Below are positions 30,201 through 40,800 of a DNA stretch of 64,000 bases, in pieces (position 1 is the first letter of the stretch; each line of letters starts with the position of its first letter). The notes under the pieces were generated by a model that was not told the origin of the DNA, did no database searches, and worked only from the letters and a program-made list of their open reading frames with translations. This stretch comes from a virus. Lineage: Duplodnaviria; Caudoviricetes. The position numbers and the translations under genes are program-made. Where the stretch lies: IMG/VR virus record IMGVR_UViG_3300006919_000052, positions 339 through 64,338 of that record; one strand, given 5' to 3'.

Positions 30201-33200
30201 TCCTGCAAATCAAATAAATGATGATATTAATGCTCAACTTGGGTATTTTAATATAGGTGATTATATAGGAGATCCTAGACAAATATTATCATCATCATTA
30301 AGTTACCCTGATTTAGATACTTTAAGTAATGCATATTTTGAAAAATATATTCAAAATTATAATGTTAATGACTTTGTTCGTTTAATAAAATTCTTTGATA
30401 ATTCATTATTTCAAATGATTAAAGATTTTACCCCTGCTAGAACTAGTTTATCTTCTGGTATTGTAATTAAACAACATATTTTAGAAAGAAACAGACAAAG
30501 ACAAGCTTTAGTAAGCCAATCATTTCATGATTATTCAGGTTCAATAAAACCTTTTCCAAGAGATTATAATACAGGATCAGGTGATACTGGTGCATATGAA
30601 TATATTAGTGGATCATCAATATATAGATTTAGTGGAGGACCTGGAGGTTCAACTAATAGATATAATGGATTAAATACCTCTCCTTCACAATCAGCTTATG
30701 GTTTATCTAATAAATACTTTTTAACACAAAGTTACAGTGAATCAATAGAAGGATCAGTTGCTAATACTATAAATAATAGTGGTTCATTTGTAGGATTTGG
30801 AAATACAATAATAGATTCTCAACATGAATTTTATGATGGTGAATTTAGTGGTTCAAATATTCAAGCAACAACACAATCATTAAACCCGGGATGTGACCCT
30901 TATTTAAGAGTAGTAGATACACCCGTAAATTTATACCCATTATTTTTCTCATTAGATGAAGATCGAAGAAATGGAACAGTTTCTAGTACTACATTTGCTG
31001 ATAGAAATAATTATCCTTTAGAGGGATATGTTTGGATAGGATACCAATTTAATGATACTACAAATCAAACTGAAGTAACAGGAATTAAATTCCCTACAAC
31101 TGATTTAAATGGTAATTTTATACGAGATTATATAGATGATTCTAGTACAATTGAATTTTTCTTTCAAGATGGTATTACTACTTATTACATTAATGGTGTA
31201 GATGTTTTTGCAAATGGAGTATATGTAACTATTGATAATACGCAAGGAGACTTTACTACTTTTTTTGACCCAAATGGTGGATCAGAAAATTGGAGTTTAG
31301 AAGTTAATGGGGATTATAATACTCGTAATACAGTAAATACTGAAAGTTCAAATGATACACAACAAGGTGTATTTTTAAATCCTACCCTTTTATTTCAAAA
31401 TCAACCAATATATTACTGGAATGGAACTCCAGTAAATGATGCATTAGGTTATTTTGATACGGGGTCAATAAGTTCTAATTCTAGTGTAATATTAGGACCT
31501 AATGGTAATATATCTTCTGGTTCTTATACTATACCTAATTCTTCTAATATACCTTTATTTTTTAGTGCCTCTATAGTTATAAGTTCTTCAAATACTAGTT
31601 TTGATGGAGAAGGAGTAGTAATGGGAACTTACCATTCAGGAAATACACATCCAGGAGCAGCTGCAGACCAATCCGTAGTATTATCTTCGACAGTAGAAAG
31701 TGCGGTATTCCGACCAGTTCCAACTCAAATAGATTTAAATGAAACAGTATTTCAGACTAGTTATAATGTTTTAATTCCAGGTGATTCAGGATCAGGTGAT
31801 CCAACTTTTTTACCACTTATAAATCCAGGAGGTCATCCTAAATTTAGATTAGCATCCTCATCTTCATTAGATTTTCATTTTCCTTCATTTCAATTAGATG
31901 GAACTATCCCAATTGAATCACAAAATTTACTTTGGACTCCATATTCAGGTAGTACCCTTGATGCTTCAAATTCAAGTTTTGTTACAGCAACTCCAGGAAA
32001 TGGCATAGCTAAGTTATCATCCTATTCTTCTTCAAGAGATGGAACAATAGGTATTTACTATAATCAAATGGAACTTTATGCTACATTAAATCCACAAAAT
32101 TCTGGTAATATTGATGAAGTAACAATTAGAGATGTTTATATTAGACCAAGAATTAAATTTACAGCAGATTCAAACTTACATATAACATCTTCATGGCAAT
32201 ATTTAGCTTCTCCTCCAGTTACTAATGCATTTTGGCAAACAATCCCTAGTAAGTTTGGAAACGCAGATACTGGAACTAATGGAACTTGGTATGTAAATCC
32301 AAGTGGTTATACTACTATTGCTAGTATTCTCCAACCTGCAGATGGGGTTTTATATTTTAGACCTGTTATTAAAAGTCCTGAAACAGAGTATGAATATACT
32401 ATGACTGAATTAGATTTAGATGTTAGATTTGATGTTTCAGCCCAATATGATGGAGGTACAATATATGACGAAACTCATACCTTTAATAACCTTATTAGTA
32501 CTACAGGTCAAAATGGAATAAATAACGATATGTTCCCACAATCTTTTGTTCTAGGTTTATTAGGAACTGGAGATATACAAGTACATTTAAAAGTAACTGG
32601 ATCAGACTCTTCAGGTGTAGGGTATGAAAGAATAATTACAAGTTCAAATCCTTTAACAGCAGTAACCATGGGTCCAGGAGTTGAATTTTCATTTCCTGAT
32701 AGTCCTATTTTAGATATATCTCATCAAACTGCAGGTGCAACTTCTTCTATAACAACAGAAGGAGATATGTATTTTATAGAATATTCCGCAAGTAATTACA
32801 CCCCAGGATTTGGAGGAGCTGGATTTAGTTTCTTTACAGCAGACTTAAGTGATGGAATGGAACCAAATACTAAATTATTTATAACTTCTTCATTTAAAGA
32901 TGCTGTTGTAGGATATGATTTAACAGGAAGTTTATATATTGCTAAAGGTAATGAATTACAGAATAATAGTAGTTTTGGTAGTTTTATATTATCTAATCAA
33001 TTTATAATTGATAATGAAGCCCAAAATGGAGTTAGATTCCATGTATCTGGAAGTTATAATTATGAATATTTAAATAGTGATTCATTTAGATTAGGAGTAG
33101 AAGTTAATAAGAATTTTGGATCTGGGTTTGAAATTCTTGAATACTCTATGAGTATATACCCAACACAATCAGATAATGCAAGATTACTTCCAGGAATAGG

Positions 33201-35448
33201 ATATAATAGTTTTAGAGCCCCAGTATCAACAGGGCTATCTATTCCTACTTTCTTTGGATCAGGTGTTATACCTTTTAATAAAGCACTTGATTGTCAACCT
33301 TTATTAAATAATTATAATGCCCAAAGAGATAATAGCTTTATAATGGAAGTTGATTATTCTAATGTTACAGGATCAATCTTACCATCAAATATAAATCAAA
33401 TATTAAATAATACAGCTGCTAAAGCATCTCTGCCAGATTCTAATTATACTTCACCTAAAGTAATAAACCCAAGATATGATGGTGTAAAATCTACGTGTGC
33501 TGAAATAAATGAATGGCATATAAAAGATACGGGTACTTATGGTAAATTACCTAATATAGAATTACGGGATGCATTTTTTGGATACTTTAATGATCTATCA
33601 GATGATTACCCAAATATAAATGGTTTAACTAGAGTTAATTTAAATTATTTAGTAGATGAACAAAGTAATGCTTTACCACCTTCTCTGCCTTCTATAGGTA
33701 TACCAACTCTAAAATCAGTATTCCCTATAGAGGAATTAACTTCTATAGCAGTACAATCTGGAAGTTCACAATATAAAGTATTAGGAGATAATGTTGAAGT
33801 AAAACAATTATTAACATATTATGAACCTATAATGTACTCTCAAAATTCAGGAGATAATTATACTAATAAAATTCAACTTTCGGGTTCAGGGTTTGTTTCT
33901 AGATATGATAATGATGATGAAAACTCTCAAATATTTCAACAGTTTAAAGCACAAGGAACAGCTTCTGTAGATACTAGCTCACCAGTCCAAAATGTAGATT
34001 ATTACATTGACCCCTCTCAGCAAGTAACAGGAAATCCACAAAATACAAATTCAACTAATCCATGGGTACAAGGAGGAAACAACTCAGCTTTATATCCATC
34101 TAGTGTTTGGGGTGGAAGTAATGGAAATGATTTACCAAATGCACAAGTTGTAAGTATGAAACATTCAATATTCACAACTTATGTTTCTGAAACAAGGGGA
34201 ACAAGAGATGAATTAAGATTTGAAGTGCATGCATATACAGGAAGTAATGATAATACTGAAATATCATTTAATTTAGAAGATATAGAATGTAATGTATATA
34301 CTGAAGATGGAAAAGTAACTAGTATTGGAAGTGCTCTAGATTATGGATGGTTTGATGTTAAAAATATTGTTGAATGGAGAAAAAGAAAAACAAGTCTTAA
34401 GTCATTAAGAGATGCTTATTCATCTAGAAATAGATGGAGAACTACAAGAATACCAATACCTACCGGAGGAATTAAAGTTACAGCTGATTGGGAAATGTTT
34501 GATACTCTTTTTGATAGAGGATTAATGAGAGAAAGAAAACCTAAAAATGGTTCAGGAGTAATAGCATTAGAGTGGATAATTACATTAAATACGGGTAATC
34601 ACACTATTAAAGTTGGAGATGATATTAGATTTAGAATAAATGGTTCATTTAAAAATGCTAGAGGTGGACATAGACAAGGTTACTTCTTCCCAGATTCTGG
34701 AGATTTCTTACAAACACCAACAAGAATTCAAGGAATGGGTGTTTATGATCATTTATTACAAGAATCTAATGTAGCTGCAGCACCTTTTTGGATGGTAACT
34801 GGATCAGGAGAACCAACTTATTTAGTTATGTCCTCCTCAAATATGAATGAAGCATATGGTCAAGAATTTAAACAAGGAGATTTAGAATATTTCCCTGGTC
34901 CATCAGAATACTTTCCTGGAGGAATAGAACCTGCTAACACATCATTTGATACAATAAAATATTCACTACAATTATTTACAAACGATCAAATTAGATTTTC
35001 TAATAATGAAAACTTTACATACGATATTATTAGAGTATGGGGACCAGATGAAAATATAGAAGGTGACGGAATAGGAAAATTAAAAATTGAACTATCTGAA
35101 CCTATAGATGAATCAATAAATAAAGATTTCTTTTTAGTAAGAAGACCAATTGATAGTCCTAATTCACTATATTTAGATACTCCATTTCCTTATGAAACAT
35201 TAGGAAGTGCAAGTATAAGTACAGGAGTAGTAGAATATTCAGGATCTAGATTTGCTTTATCAGGAAGTATAGATTCAGGTTCCGGTGGTAATTCAGATCT
35301 AAGTGGTTCTTACTCTGCTTCATTTAGTTCCTTGGAGTCGCAAATGACCCCTGGTATATTGTACCCGAATTATCCGACAGATTATTTAATTCAAAGTGCT
35401 TCTATAATAGTAAATGATTTAATTAGTAAAGGAGTAATACAATCTTAA
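27241..35448 (+). CDS. giant baseplate/tail protein (2735 aa; wedge-like N-terminal region, beta-rich C-terminal domains)
   Basis: IYHNIPYLLKTKGTIAGLRALITSYG resembles the KGT motif of gp7/tail I-type wedge proteins; position in operon. Confidence 0.7.
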   Translation: MEEENIEIYQVDSTTFEKETYSVSDTSLMLQISQDTDFDLDRDYIEFYVYDENKKLLYPEDVIPLNSFNVRQGDILLDPENDLKSFGFDIGRYYISYNFYRKRVSSDPILKYYIKEISSDRTEIRLASNTISNEAISTGAETFTAYRNLASYFVDFALNFGGNNTIIANNLQLDTSNAGDTSLLIKLYEPLPAQYTTKSQCWIVEKLSKSQSYEVFFPFIPVSNDSSIFLSGPNLNLNIIGESAEAGQLYSYNTLLNSDVTSSINQLKNLLDSKEININVDYENYGEFVNFSSAQTRLENFYYKVGLIESASIQLSLNLGNIAGSTTTTAAYSSSKASLTSIIDNTINNFDGYEYFLYFNSGSKYSYPKSNTEPPFTLYSTGSTEVLQWIGSADSTSTYYGGQALSASNYDQDNQDWLYWSIPEYLRNDSDNVRYELYLDMIGQHFDNVWLYTKDITEKYNTDNRINFGVSKDLVAQAIRDFGIKLYSNNFNTDDLFTAFLGLTPSGSLFPFPNITGSIGGQVNTPTGYEYIDTKISSSNDVIPLDDTNKRLYKRIYHNIPYLLKTKGTIAGLRALITSYGIPDTMLRINEFGGKDKNENTNWDFSQNVFNYAFNTGPNSLNTLTSSFNINANFGSEVPSVKSVGTVQLRFKPNTIPEIVSDNTPNPKIRYSQSLWAIDNDLTNPFDNPSAAVVLEYTGSGFITGSYSGSSPSEYDTWGTLKFFPDVLYNPSVSCSVYAPFFNNDWWSFQLGYTGEGPAGASSTVTASLYVGNEINGELGFNLSSSVTATDGRSWTRGDISTVNHKDLININLKSYLPFSGSYQEYRLWGPELSQSVFYDYVVNPYSDQGNNVNSTPNELAFRADLGTELNTGSRVSIHPRVTGSAVQITQSFNEIGNIGSSFLINQNNSDLLFVTNVEKIYENQVIAGIKNRVSDNIQLHSLNMPEPPSGSDADVVVLSPLESIQQETFESGSYSPKADYLEVAFSPANQINDDINAQLGYFNIGDYIGDPRQILSSSLSYPDLDTLSNAYFEKYIQNYNVNDFVRLIKFFDNSLFQMIKDFTPARTSLSSGIVIKQHILERNRQRQALVSQSFHDYSGSIKPFPRDYNTGSGDTGAYEYISGSSIYRFSGGPGGSTNRYNGLNTSPSQSAYGLSNKYFLTQSYSESIEGSVANTINNSGSFVGFGNTIIDSQHEFYDGEFSGSNIQATTQSLNPGCDPYLRVVDTPVNLYPLFFSLDEDRRNGTVSSTTFADRNNYPLEGYVWIGYQFNDTTNQTEVTGIKFPTTDLNGNFIRDYIDDSSTIEFFFQDGITTYYINGVDVFANGVYVTIDNTQGDFTTFFDPNGGSENWSLEVNGDYNTRNTVNTESSNDTQQGVFLNPTLLFQNQPIYYWNGTPVNDALGYFDTGSISSNSSVILGPNGNISSGSYTIPNSSNIPLFFSASIVISSSNTSFDGEGVVMGTYHSGNTHPGAAADQSVVLSSTVESAVFRPVPTQIDLNETVFQTSYNVLIPGDSGSGDPTFLPLINPGGHPKFRLASSSSLDFHFPSFQLDGTIPIESQNLLWTPYSGSTLDASNSSFVTATPGNGIAKLSSYSSSRDGTIGIYYNQMELYATLNPQNSGNIDEVTIRDVYIRPRIKFTADSNLHITSSWQYLASPPVTNAFWQTIPSKFGNADTGTNGTWYVNPSGYTTIASILQPADGVLYFRPVIKSPETEYEYTMTELDLDVRFDVSAQYDGGTIYDETHTFNNLISTTGQNGINNDMFPQSFVLGLLGTGDIQVHLKVTGSDSSGVGYERIITSSNPLTAVTMGPGVEFSFPDSPILDISHQTAGATSSITTEGDMYFIEYSASNYTPGFGGAGFSFFTADLSDGMEPNTKLFITSSFKDAVVGYDLTGSLYIAKGNELQNNSSFGSFILSNQFIIDNEAQNGVRFHVSGSYNYEYLNSDSFRLGVEVNKNFGSGFEILEYSMSIYPTQSDNARLLPGIGYNSFRAPVSTGLSIPTFFGSGVIPFNKALDCQPLLNNYNAQRDNSFIMEVDYSNVTGSILPSNINQILNNTAAKASLPDSNYTSPKVINPRYDGVKSTCAEINEWHIKDTGTYGKLPNIELRDAFFGYFNDLSDDYPNINGLTRVNLNYLVDEQSNALPPSLPSIGIPTLKSVFPIEELTSIAVQSGSSQYKVLGDNVEVKQLLTYYEPIMYSQNSGDNYTNKIQLSGSGFVSRYDNDDENSQIFQQFKAQGTASVDTSSPVQNVDYYIDPSQQVTGNPQNTNSTNPWVQGGNNSALYPSSVWGGSNGNDLPNAQVVSMKHSIFTTYVSETRGTRDELRFEVHAYTGSNDNTEISFNLEDIECNVYTEDGKVTSIGSALDYGWFDVKNIVEWRKRKTSLKSLRDAYSSRNRWRTTRIPIPTGGIKVTADWEMFDTLFDRGLMRERKPKNGSGVIALEWIITLNTGNHTIKVGDDIRFRINGSFKNARGGHRQGYFFPDSGDFLQTPTRIQGMGVYDHLLQESNVAAAPFWMVTGSGEPTYLVMSSSNMNEAYGQEFKQGDLEYFPGPSEYFPGGIEPANTSFDTIKYSLQLFTNDQIRFSNNENFTYDIIRVWGPDENIEGDGIGKLKIELSEPIDESINKDFFLVRRPIDSPNSLYLDTPFPYETLGSASISTGVVEYSGSRFALSGSIDSGSGGNSDLSGSYSASFSSLESQMTPGILYPNYPTDYLIQSASIIVNDLISKGVIQS

Positions 35449-35456
35449 TAAGATGC

Positions 35457-35482
35457 ATATTTATAAGCATATAATATTTATA
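35457..35482 (+). promoter_or_regulatory. two tandem class II motifs ATATTTATA
   Basis: 35457-35465 and 35474-35482 before the ATG at 35496. Confidence 0.65.
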
Positions 35483-35495
35483 TAAAAACACAACA

Positions 35496-36161
35496 ATGGG
35501 ATATTTAAACAATTCAGTAATAACAGTTGATGCTATTCTTACTAAAAAAGGTAGAGAGCTGTTAGCAAGAAACGATGGTTCATTTAGAATCACTCAATTT
35601 GCATTATCTGATGATGAAATAGATTATACACTTTATAATCCAACACATCCATCAGGTTCAGCATATTATGGTGAAGCAATTGATAACATGCCTCTATTAG
35701 AAGCATTTCCGGATGAACAACAAATAATGAAGTACAAATTAACTACTTTACCAAGAGGTACAGCTAGACTACCAGTACTTGATTTAGGATACGCTTCAAT
35801 AAACTTAAAACAAGGTGCTCAGTTAGCAATAACTCCACAAACTTTAAACTATTTAAGTCAAAATCAAACATTCGAAACTAGTGGTTATGTAGCTACTATT
35901 GGAGATGTTCGTTTATTTAGTAACTTTAATGGTATAGGAATTAATACGGATGTTGCAACTAATGCAAATTCAACAACTACAATTGGTACTAATGTATCCA
36001 AAACAGTTATTGGTACTCAAATTAATCTAACAGCAACAACCGTTAATACTTTATTTGGTACTCAAAATACTTTAAAAACTACTTTAACAGTAACAGGTTT
36101 AGATAGTGGAGCAAGAATAACAATCCCAGTAACAATAACACAAAACCAACTAACTTCATAA
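35496..36161 (+). CDS. structural protein (tail collar/fibre-attachment-like)
   Basis: DAILTKKGRELLA...ITQFALSDDEIDY. Confidence 0.65.
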   Translation: MGYLNNSVITVDAILTKKGRELLARNDGSFRITQFALSDDEIDYTLYNPTHPSGSAYYGEAIDNMPLLEAFPDEQQIMKYKLTTLPRGTARLPVLDLGYASINLKQGAQLAITPQTLNYLSQNQTFETSGYVATIGDVRLFSNFNGIGINTDVATNANSTTTIGTNVSKTVIGTQINLTATTVNTLFGTQNTLKTTLTVTGLDSGARITIPVTITQNQLTS

Positions 36162-36164
36162 GAT

Positions 36165-37220
36165 ATGGGCTTTAAAAGATTCGATCCACAAGATTTTGTA
36201 GTAAGTGCTGATACAGTTACTTCTACAGTATGGTCTAATAATAGTGTATCACTTAACACGTATGCAACCTCTTCAACACAAAGAGAAGGATCATCTGGTC
36301 CTTATTATTTAAATGTTTATCAAACAGCATCTGACCTACCAGAAGCAGCAGTACAATTTGGAATTGCTTATGCTAATGATACAGGAGGAGGAAGCTTATT
36401 GTTCGATCCCGCAGTAAGTGGTAAATCACCTTCAAGAACTTCATATGGTCAATATAGAACTTTAGTTTTAGAAGATGAAAATTCACAGTTTGTATTTGGT
36501 TCTAGTTTTTCAGGAAGCCAGTTTATAGCTTTAAGTATTGAAAGAGCAAGATATAAAGAAAAATTATTCCCAAGTTCATTTAATTTAGTATTATCAAGTA
36601 GTAATGTTAACTTAACACAGTTAAGTTTAACTGATAACTCAAAATTACAATCAATCCCCACTTATTATGGTGCTCAAAGAGCATATCAAGTAATTAGTGG
36701 ATCAGATGGTACTTCATATGATGGAGGAATTGGATACACAGAAGTATCTGGATCATATGGTTTATTCCTTCCAGACATTTCTACAGTATTATTAAATGTA
36801 GCTGCTTTATGTGATAAAACATCAATAGGTATTGGTTTAAATATTGTAAGTGCTTCAAATGATAATGACAATTCAGCTGGTCTTTCTAATGCAACGGAAT
36901 TATATAATCATATTTCAAGTTCAACAGGTGATACAGATGGAGAAATATTTAAATTAAATTCCCAAGAAACAATAACATCAGATTTTGTATTTGTTAGAGC
37001 AAGAAACGCAGAATTTAATTATTCAGAAAATCCAAGTTTTATATCAGGATCAACAGGAGAAGTAATTTATAGTTATTTTATTGATAATCCCCAGACATAT
37101 GCAACAACGGTTGGAATGTATAATGATAGTAATGAACTTTTAGCTGTAGCTAAATTATCAAAACCTTTACTAAAAGACTTTACAAAAGAGGCATTAGTTA
37201 GGGTTAAATTAGATTTTTAA
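36165..37220 (+). CDS. structural protein; intact paralog of the split gene downstream
   Basis: C-terminal TTVGMYNDSNELLAVAKLSKPL resembles tail collar/fibre-attachment proteins. Confidence 0.7.
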   Translation: MGFKRFDPQDFVVSADTVTSTVWSNNSVSLNTYATSSTQREGSSGPYYLNVYQTASDLPEAAVQFGIAYANDTGGGSLLFDPAVSGKSPSRTSYGQYRTLVLEDENSQFVFGSSFSGSQFIALSIERARYKEKLFPSSFNLVLSSSNVNLTQLSLTDNSKLQSIPTYYGAQRAYQVISGSDGTSYDGGIGYTEVSGSYGLFLPDISTVLLNVAALCDKTSIGIGLNIVSASNDNDNSAGLSNATELYNHISSSTGDTDGEIFKLNSQETITSDFVFVRARNAEFNYSENPSFISGSTGEVIYSYFIDNPQTYATTVGMYNDSNELLAVAKLSKPLLKDFTKEALVRVKLDF

Positions 37221-37226
37221 TAATGA

Positions 37227-37871
37227 ATGGCTACTTTCAAACAATTCAAAGCGCAAGATATAATAATATCTCCACTAGAGGTAAATAAGGGATTTAGGTT
37301 TGTTGCAAATTCTCCAACACCTACTATCTCACCAACACCTAGTGCTACACCTAGTGTTAGTGTTACCCCTAGTATTAGTATAACTCCTAGTACTAGTATT
37401 TCAGTAACACCTAGTATAACACCTAGTATAACACCTAGTATTAGTATAACACCAAGTGTAAGTATAAGTAGAACACCTAGTATAACACCTACTATATCTG
37501 TTAGTGGACCAGCTAATGTTACAGTTACACCATCCCCTAGTATTAGTATTACACCTAGTATTAGTATTACACCTAGTATTAGTATTACACCTACTAGAAG
37601 TGTGACACCTTCTACATCATCAACTCTATTTTCAGAAACAAATTATGGTTATGATACTTTAGATGCACAAGATGCTTGTGATGATCAAGGAACTAACCCA
37701 ACAATTTATTCAAATATAGAATGGACAAATACTTCAACTCCAATCTTATATTTTAATTCTAGTGGTGGTAAACGTGCTGCAGCAGGATGGTATGCAAGAA
37801 ATAATGTAGTTAAATATTATGGTACTACAGGTACTTGGGGAAGTAGTGGACAAATTTGTAGTCTTTCATAA
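37227..37871 (+). CDS. split structural protein part 1 with Ser/Thr/Pro stalk and two-Cys tip domain
   Basis: MATFKQFKAQDIIIS matches the 36165 N-terminus; about 105 aa of TPSISI repeats; DAC...ILY...AGWY...QIC. Confidence 0.8.
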   Translation: MATFKQFKAQDIIISPLEVNKGFRFVANSPTPTISPTPSATPSVSVTPSISITPSTSISVTPSITPSITPSISITPSVSISRTPSITPTISVSGPANVTVTPSPSISITPSISITPSISITPTRSVTPSTSSTLFSETNYGYDTLDAQDACDDQGTNPTIYSNIEWTNTSTPILYFNSSGGKRAAAGWYARNNVVKYYGTTGTWGSSGQICSLS

Positions 37872-37890
37872 TAATAAAAATATAAAATAA

Positions 37891-40800
37891 ATGGCGTTTT
37901 TTAACGATGATAATGTAGGAATAGATAGATACTTTGGGAAACCAGGGAACTACCTTAATTCCCAATCTTTATCAAGTACTGATTCTGTTTATTTTGTACC
38001 TGAAGTGTTAGTTTATGCTAATGCTTCTCAACTATATTATACAAATTATATATCAGGAAGTTATGGAGAGATTTCGGATGCAATTGTACCTACAGAAAAT
38101 CTAGATGGTACTCTTACTCCACCTTCAGGTTCAGATAATATATATAATACAACATATTACAATTATGAGGAAACAACATTAAATCCTCAAAAATCATTCC
38201 CAACATCCCAAAGTATTGGAGTAATAACTGTACCCTCAAAATTGTATGGAGATTATATTCAACCAGGAACAGTTAAAATAGAAAGCCCAAATAGTGGAAC
38301 AATAACAGATGATGGAAATGGTAGATTAAGAATTACGGGAAGTAGTGGAAATTCTCTTTTTGTTGGTAATGTAATTTACGAACATGGGATGATTATATTA
38401 GCTAACACTTTAACAGATGCTGATTATGATACATTATCAATTCAACCCTCACCTTCAATAACACCAACAACAACCCCTTCATCAACCCCTTCTATTAGTA
38501 TAACTAGAACTCCTAGTATTACACCAACAGTTACACCTAGTATAACAGTTAGTAAATCAGTTAGTGCTACTCCTAGTATGAGTATAAGTGCTACACCAAG
38601 TGTAAGTATAAGTTCAACACCTAGTATTAGTATAAGTACAACTCCTTCAGTATCTATTAGTAAATCAATAACACCAACTACTAGTAAAAGTGTATCAGTA
38701 ACTAGAACACCTAGTGTATCAATTAGTAAATCTGTAAGTGTAACACCTAGTATTACTATTAGTAAATCTATAACTAGAACTCCAACAAGTACAACTACAC
38801 CTTCTACAACACCTAGTATTAGTATAACACCTAGTATTAGTATAAGTGCTACTCCAAGTAATACTCCAAGTATTAGTATTTCTAAATCTATAAGTGCTAC
38901 TCCAAGTATTAGTATTTCTAAATCTATAAGTGCTACTCCAAGTACTAGTGTAACACCAAGTAATAGTGTAAGTAAATCTATAAGTGCAACTAGAACCCCT
39001 TCAGTAACACCTAGTATTACAATAAGTAAATCAGTAAGTGTTACACCAAGTATTAGTATAACATCTTCTACTACTCCAAGTCCTAGTATTACTATTAGTA
39101 AATCTATCACTAGAACACCTACTAGAACTCCAAGTATTAGTATAAGTAAAACACCTAGTATAACACCTAGTATTACTATAAGTAAAACACCTAGTATAAC
39201 AATTAGTAAGTCTATTAGTAATACCCCAAGTATTAGTATAACACCATCTACCTCAGTTACACCTAGTGTTAGTTTTAGTGTTACACCTAGTATTAGTATA
39301 AGTAAAACTCCAAGTATTTCTATTACACCTAGTATTTCTATTACACCTAGTATTAGTATAAGTGCTACACCAAGTATTACACCTAGTATTACTGTAAGTA
39401 AATCGATAAGTGCTACACCTAGTATTAGTATAACACCTAGTATTACAGTAAGTAAATCTATTTCTAAAACCCCAAGTGTAACAATAAGTAAATCAATAAG
39501 TGCTACCCCAAGTGTTAGTATAAGTAAGTCTATAACCCCAAGTATTAGTATTAGTAAGACACCTAGTATAACGGTTAGTAAATCAATTACTAGAACACCA
39601 AGTGTTACCCCTAGTAAATCAATATCAAGAACACCTAGTGTAACTAGAACACCTTCTATAACACCTAGTATTTCTATTTCACCAACACCTGAATCATCAG
39701 TTACACCTTCTGCTTCAATAACTAGAACACCTTCTATAACCCCAAGTATTAGTATAAGTAGAACACCTAGTATAACAGTTAGTAAATCTATAAGTAGAAC
39801 ACCTACTGTAACTATAACACCTAGTATAACGATAAGTAAATCAATAAGCGCTACACCTAGTGTAAGTATAAGTAAAACACCTAGTATAACGATTAGTAAA
39901 TCTATAAGTGCTACTCCTAGTATTAGTATAACACCAAGTATAACAGTTAGTCCTTCTAGAACTCCAAGTGTTACACCTAGTATTTCTATAAGTAGAACAC
40001 CTAGTGTAACTAGAACAAGTTCAGTAACACCTAGTATTACTATTAGTAAATCTATCACTAGAACACCTACTAGAACTCCAAGTATTAGTATAACAGCTTC
40101 TACTACACCATCACCTAGTATAACAATTAGTAAGTCAATTACAAGGACTCCTTCTAGAACACCTAGTATTACTATATCTAAATCAATTACTAGAACACCA
40201 AGTGTTACTGCAACAAGAACAGTAACACCTACTAGAACAGCAACAACCACTAGAACACCATCTACTACTAGAACACCTTCTATAACACCAACAAGGACTT
40301 TTACACCTACTAGAACACCTAGTAAATCAATCACCAGAACACCTTCTGTAACACCTAGTATTACTATTAGTAAGTCAATAACTAGAACACCATCTAAAAC
40401 ACCTAGTAAATCAATAACTAGAACACCATCTATAACAGCAACCACTACTAGAACACCATCTAGAACACCTAGTAAATCAATAACTAGAACGCCATCTAGA
40501 ACACCTAGTAAATCAATAACTAGAACGCCATCTAAAACACCTAGTATAACAATTAGTAAATCTATAAGTAGAACACCTACTGTAACTAGAACACCTAGTA
40601 TAACAATTAGTAAGTCTATTAGTAGAACACCAACACCTACACCATCTAGAAAATTATCTGATATAGATATTTTCATAGCTGTTTCTAGTTGGAGTGCAAC
40701 TAAAGATATGGATGCATTCTCATATAACTCTTGTAATGTAATTGGATTTGGAGCTAATCAATATTCTGTAGATTTAATCAAATCAGTAGCAAATGGTGCG

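Noticed and set aside
38446-40650. Possible CRISPR array or satellite
   Set aside because: Units are short, degenerate and in frame, with no unique spacers and no cas genes.
38442-40676. 744-aa minus-strand ORF rich in V/I/L/G
   Set aside because: Antisense shadow of the Ser/Thr/Pro repeat; boundaries coincide with the repeat and there is no leader or promoter motif.
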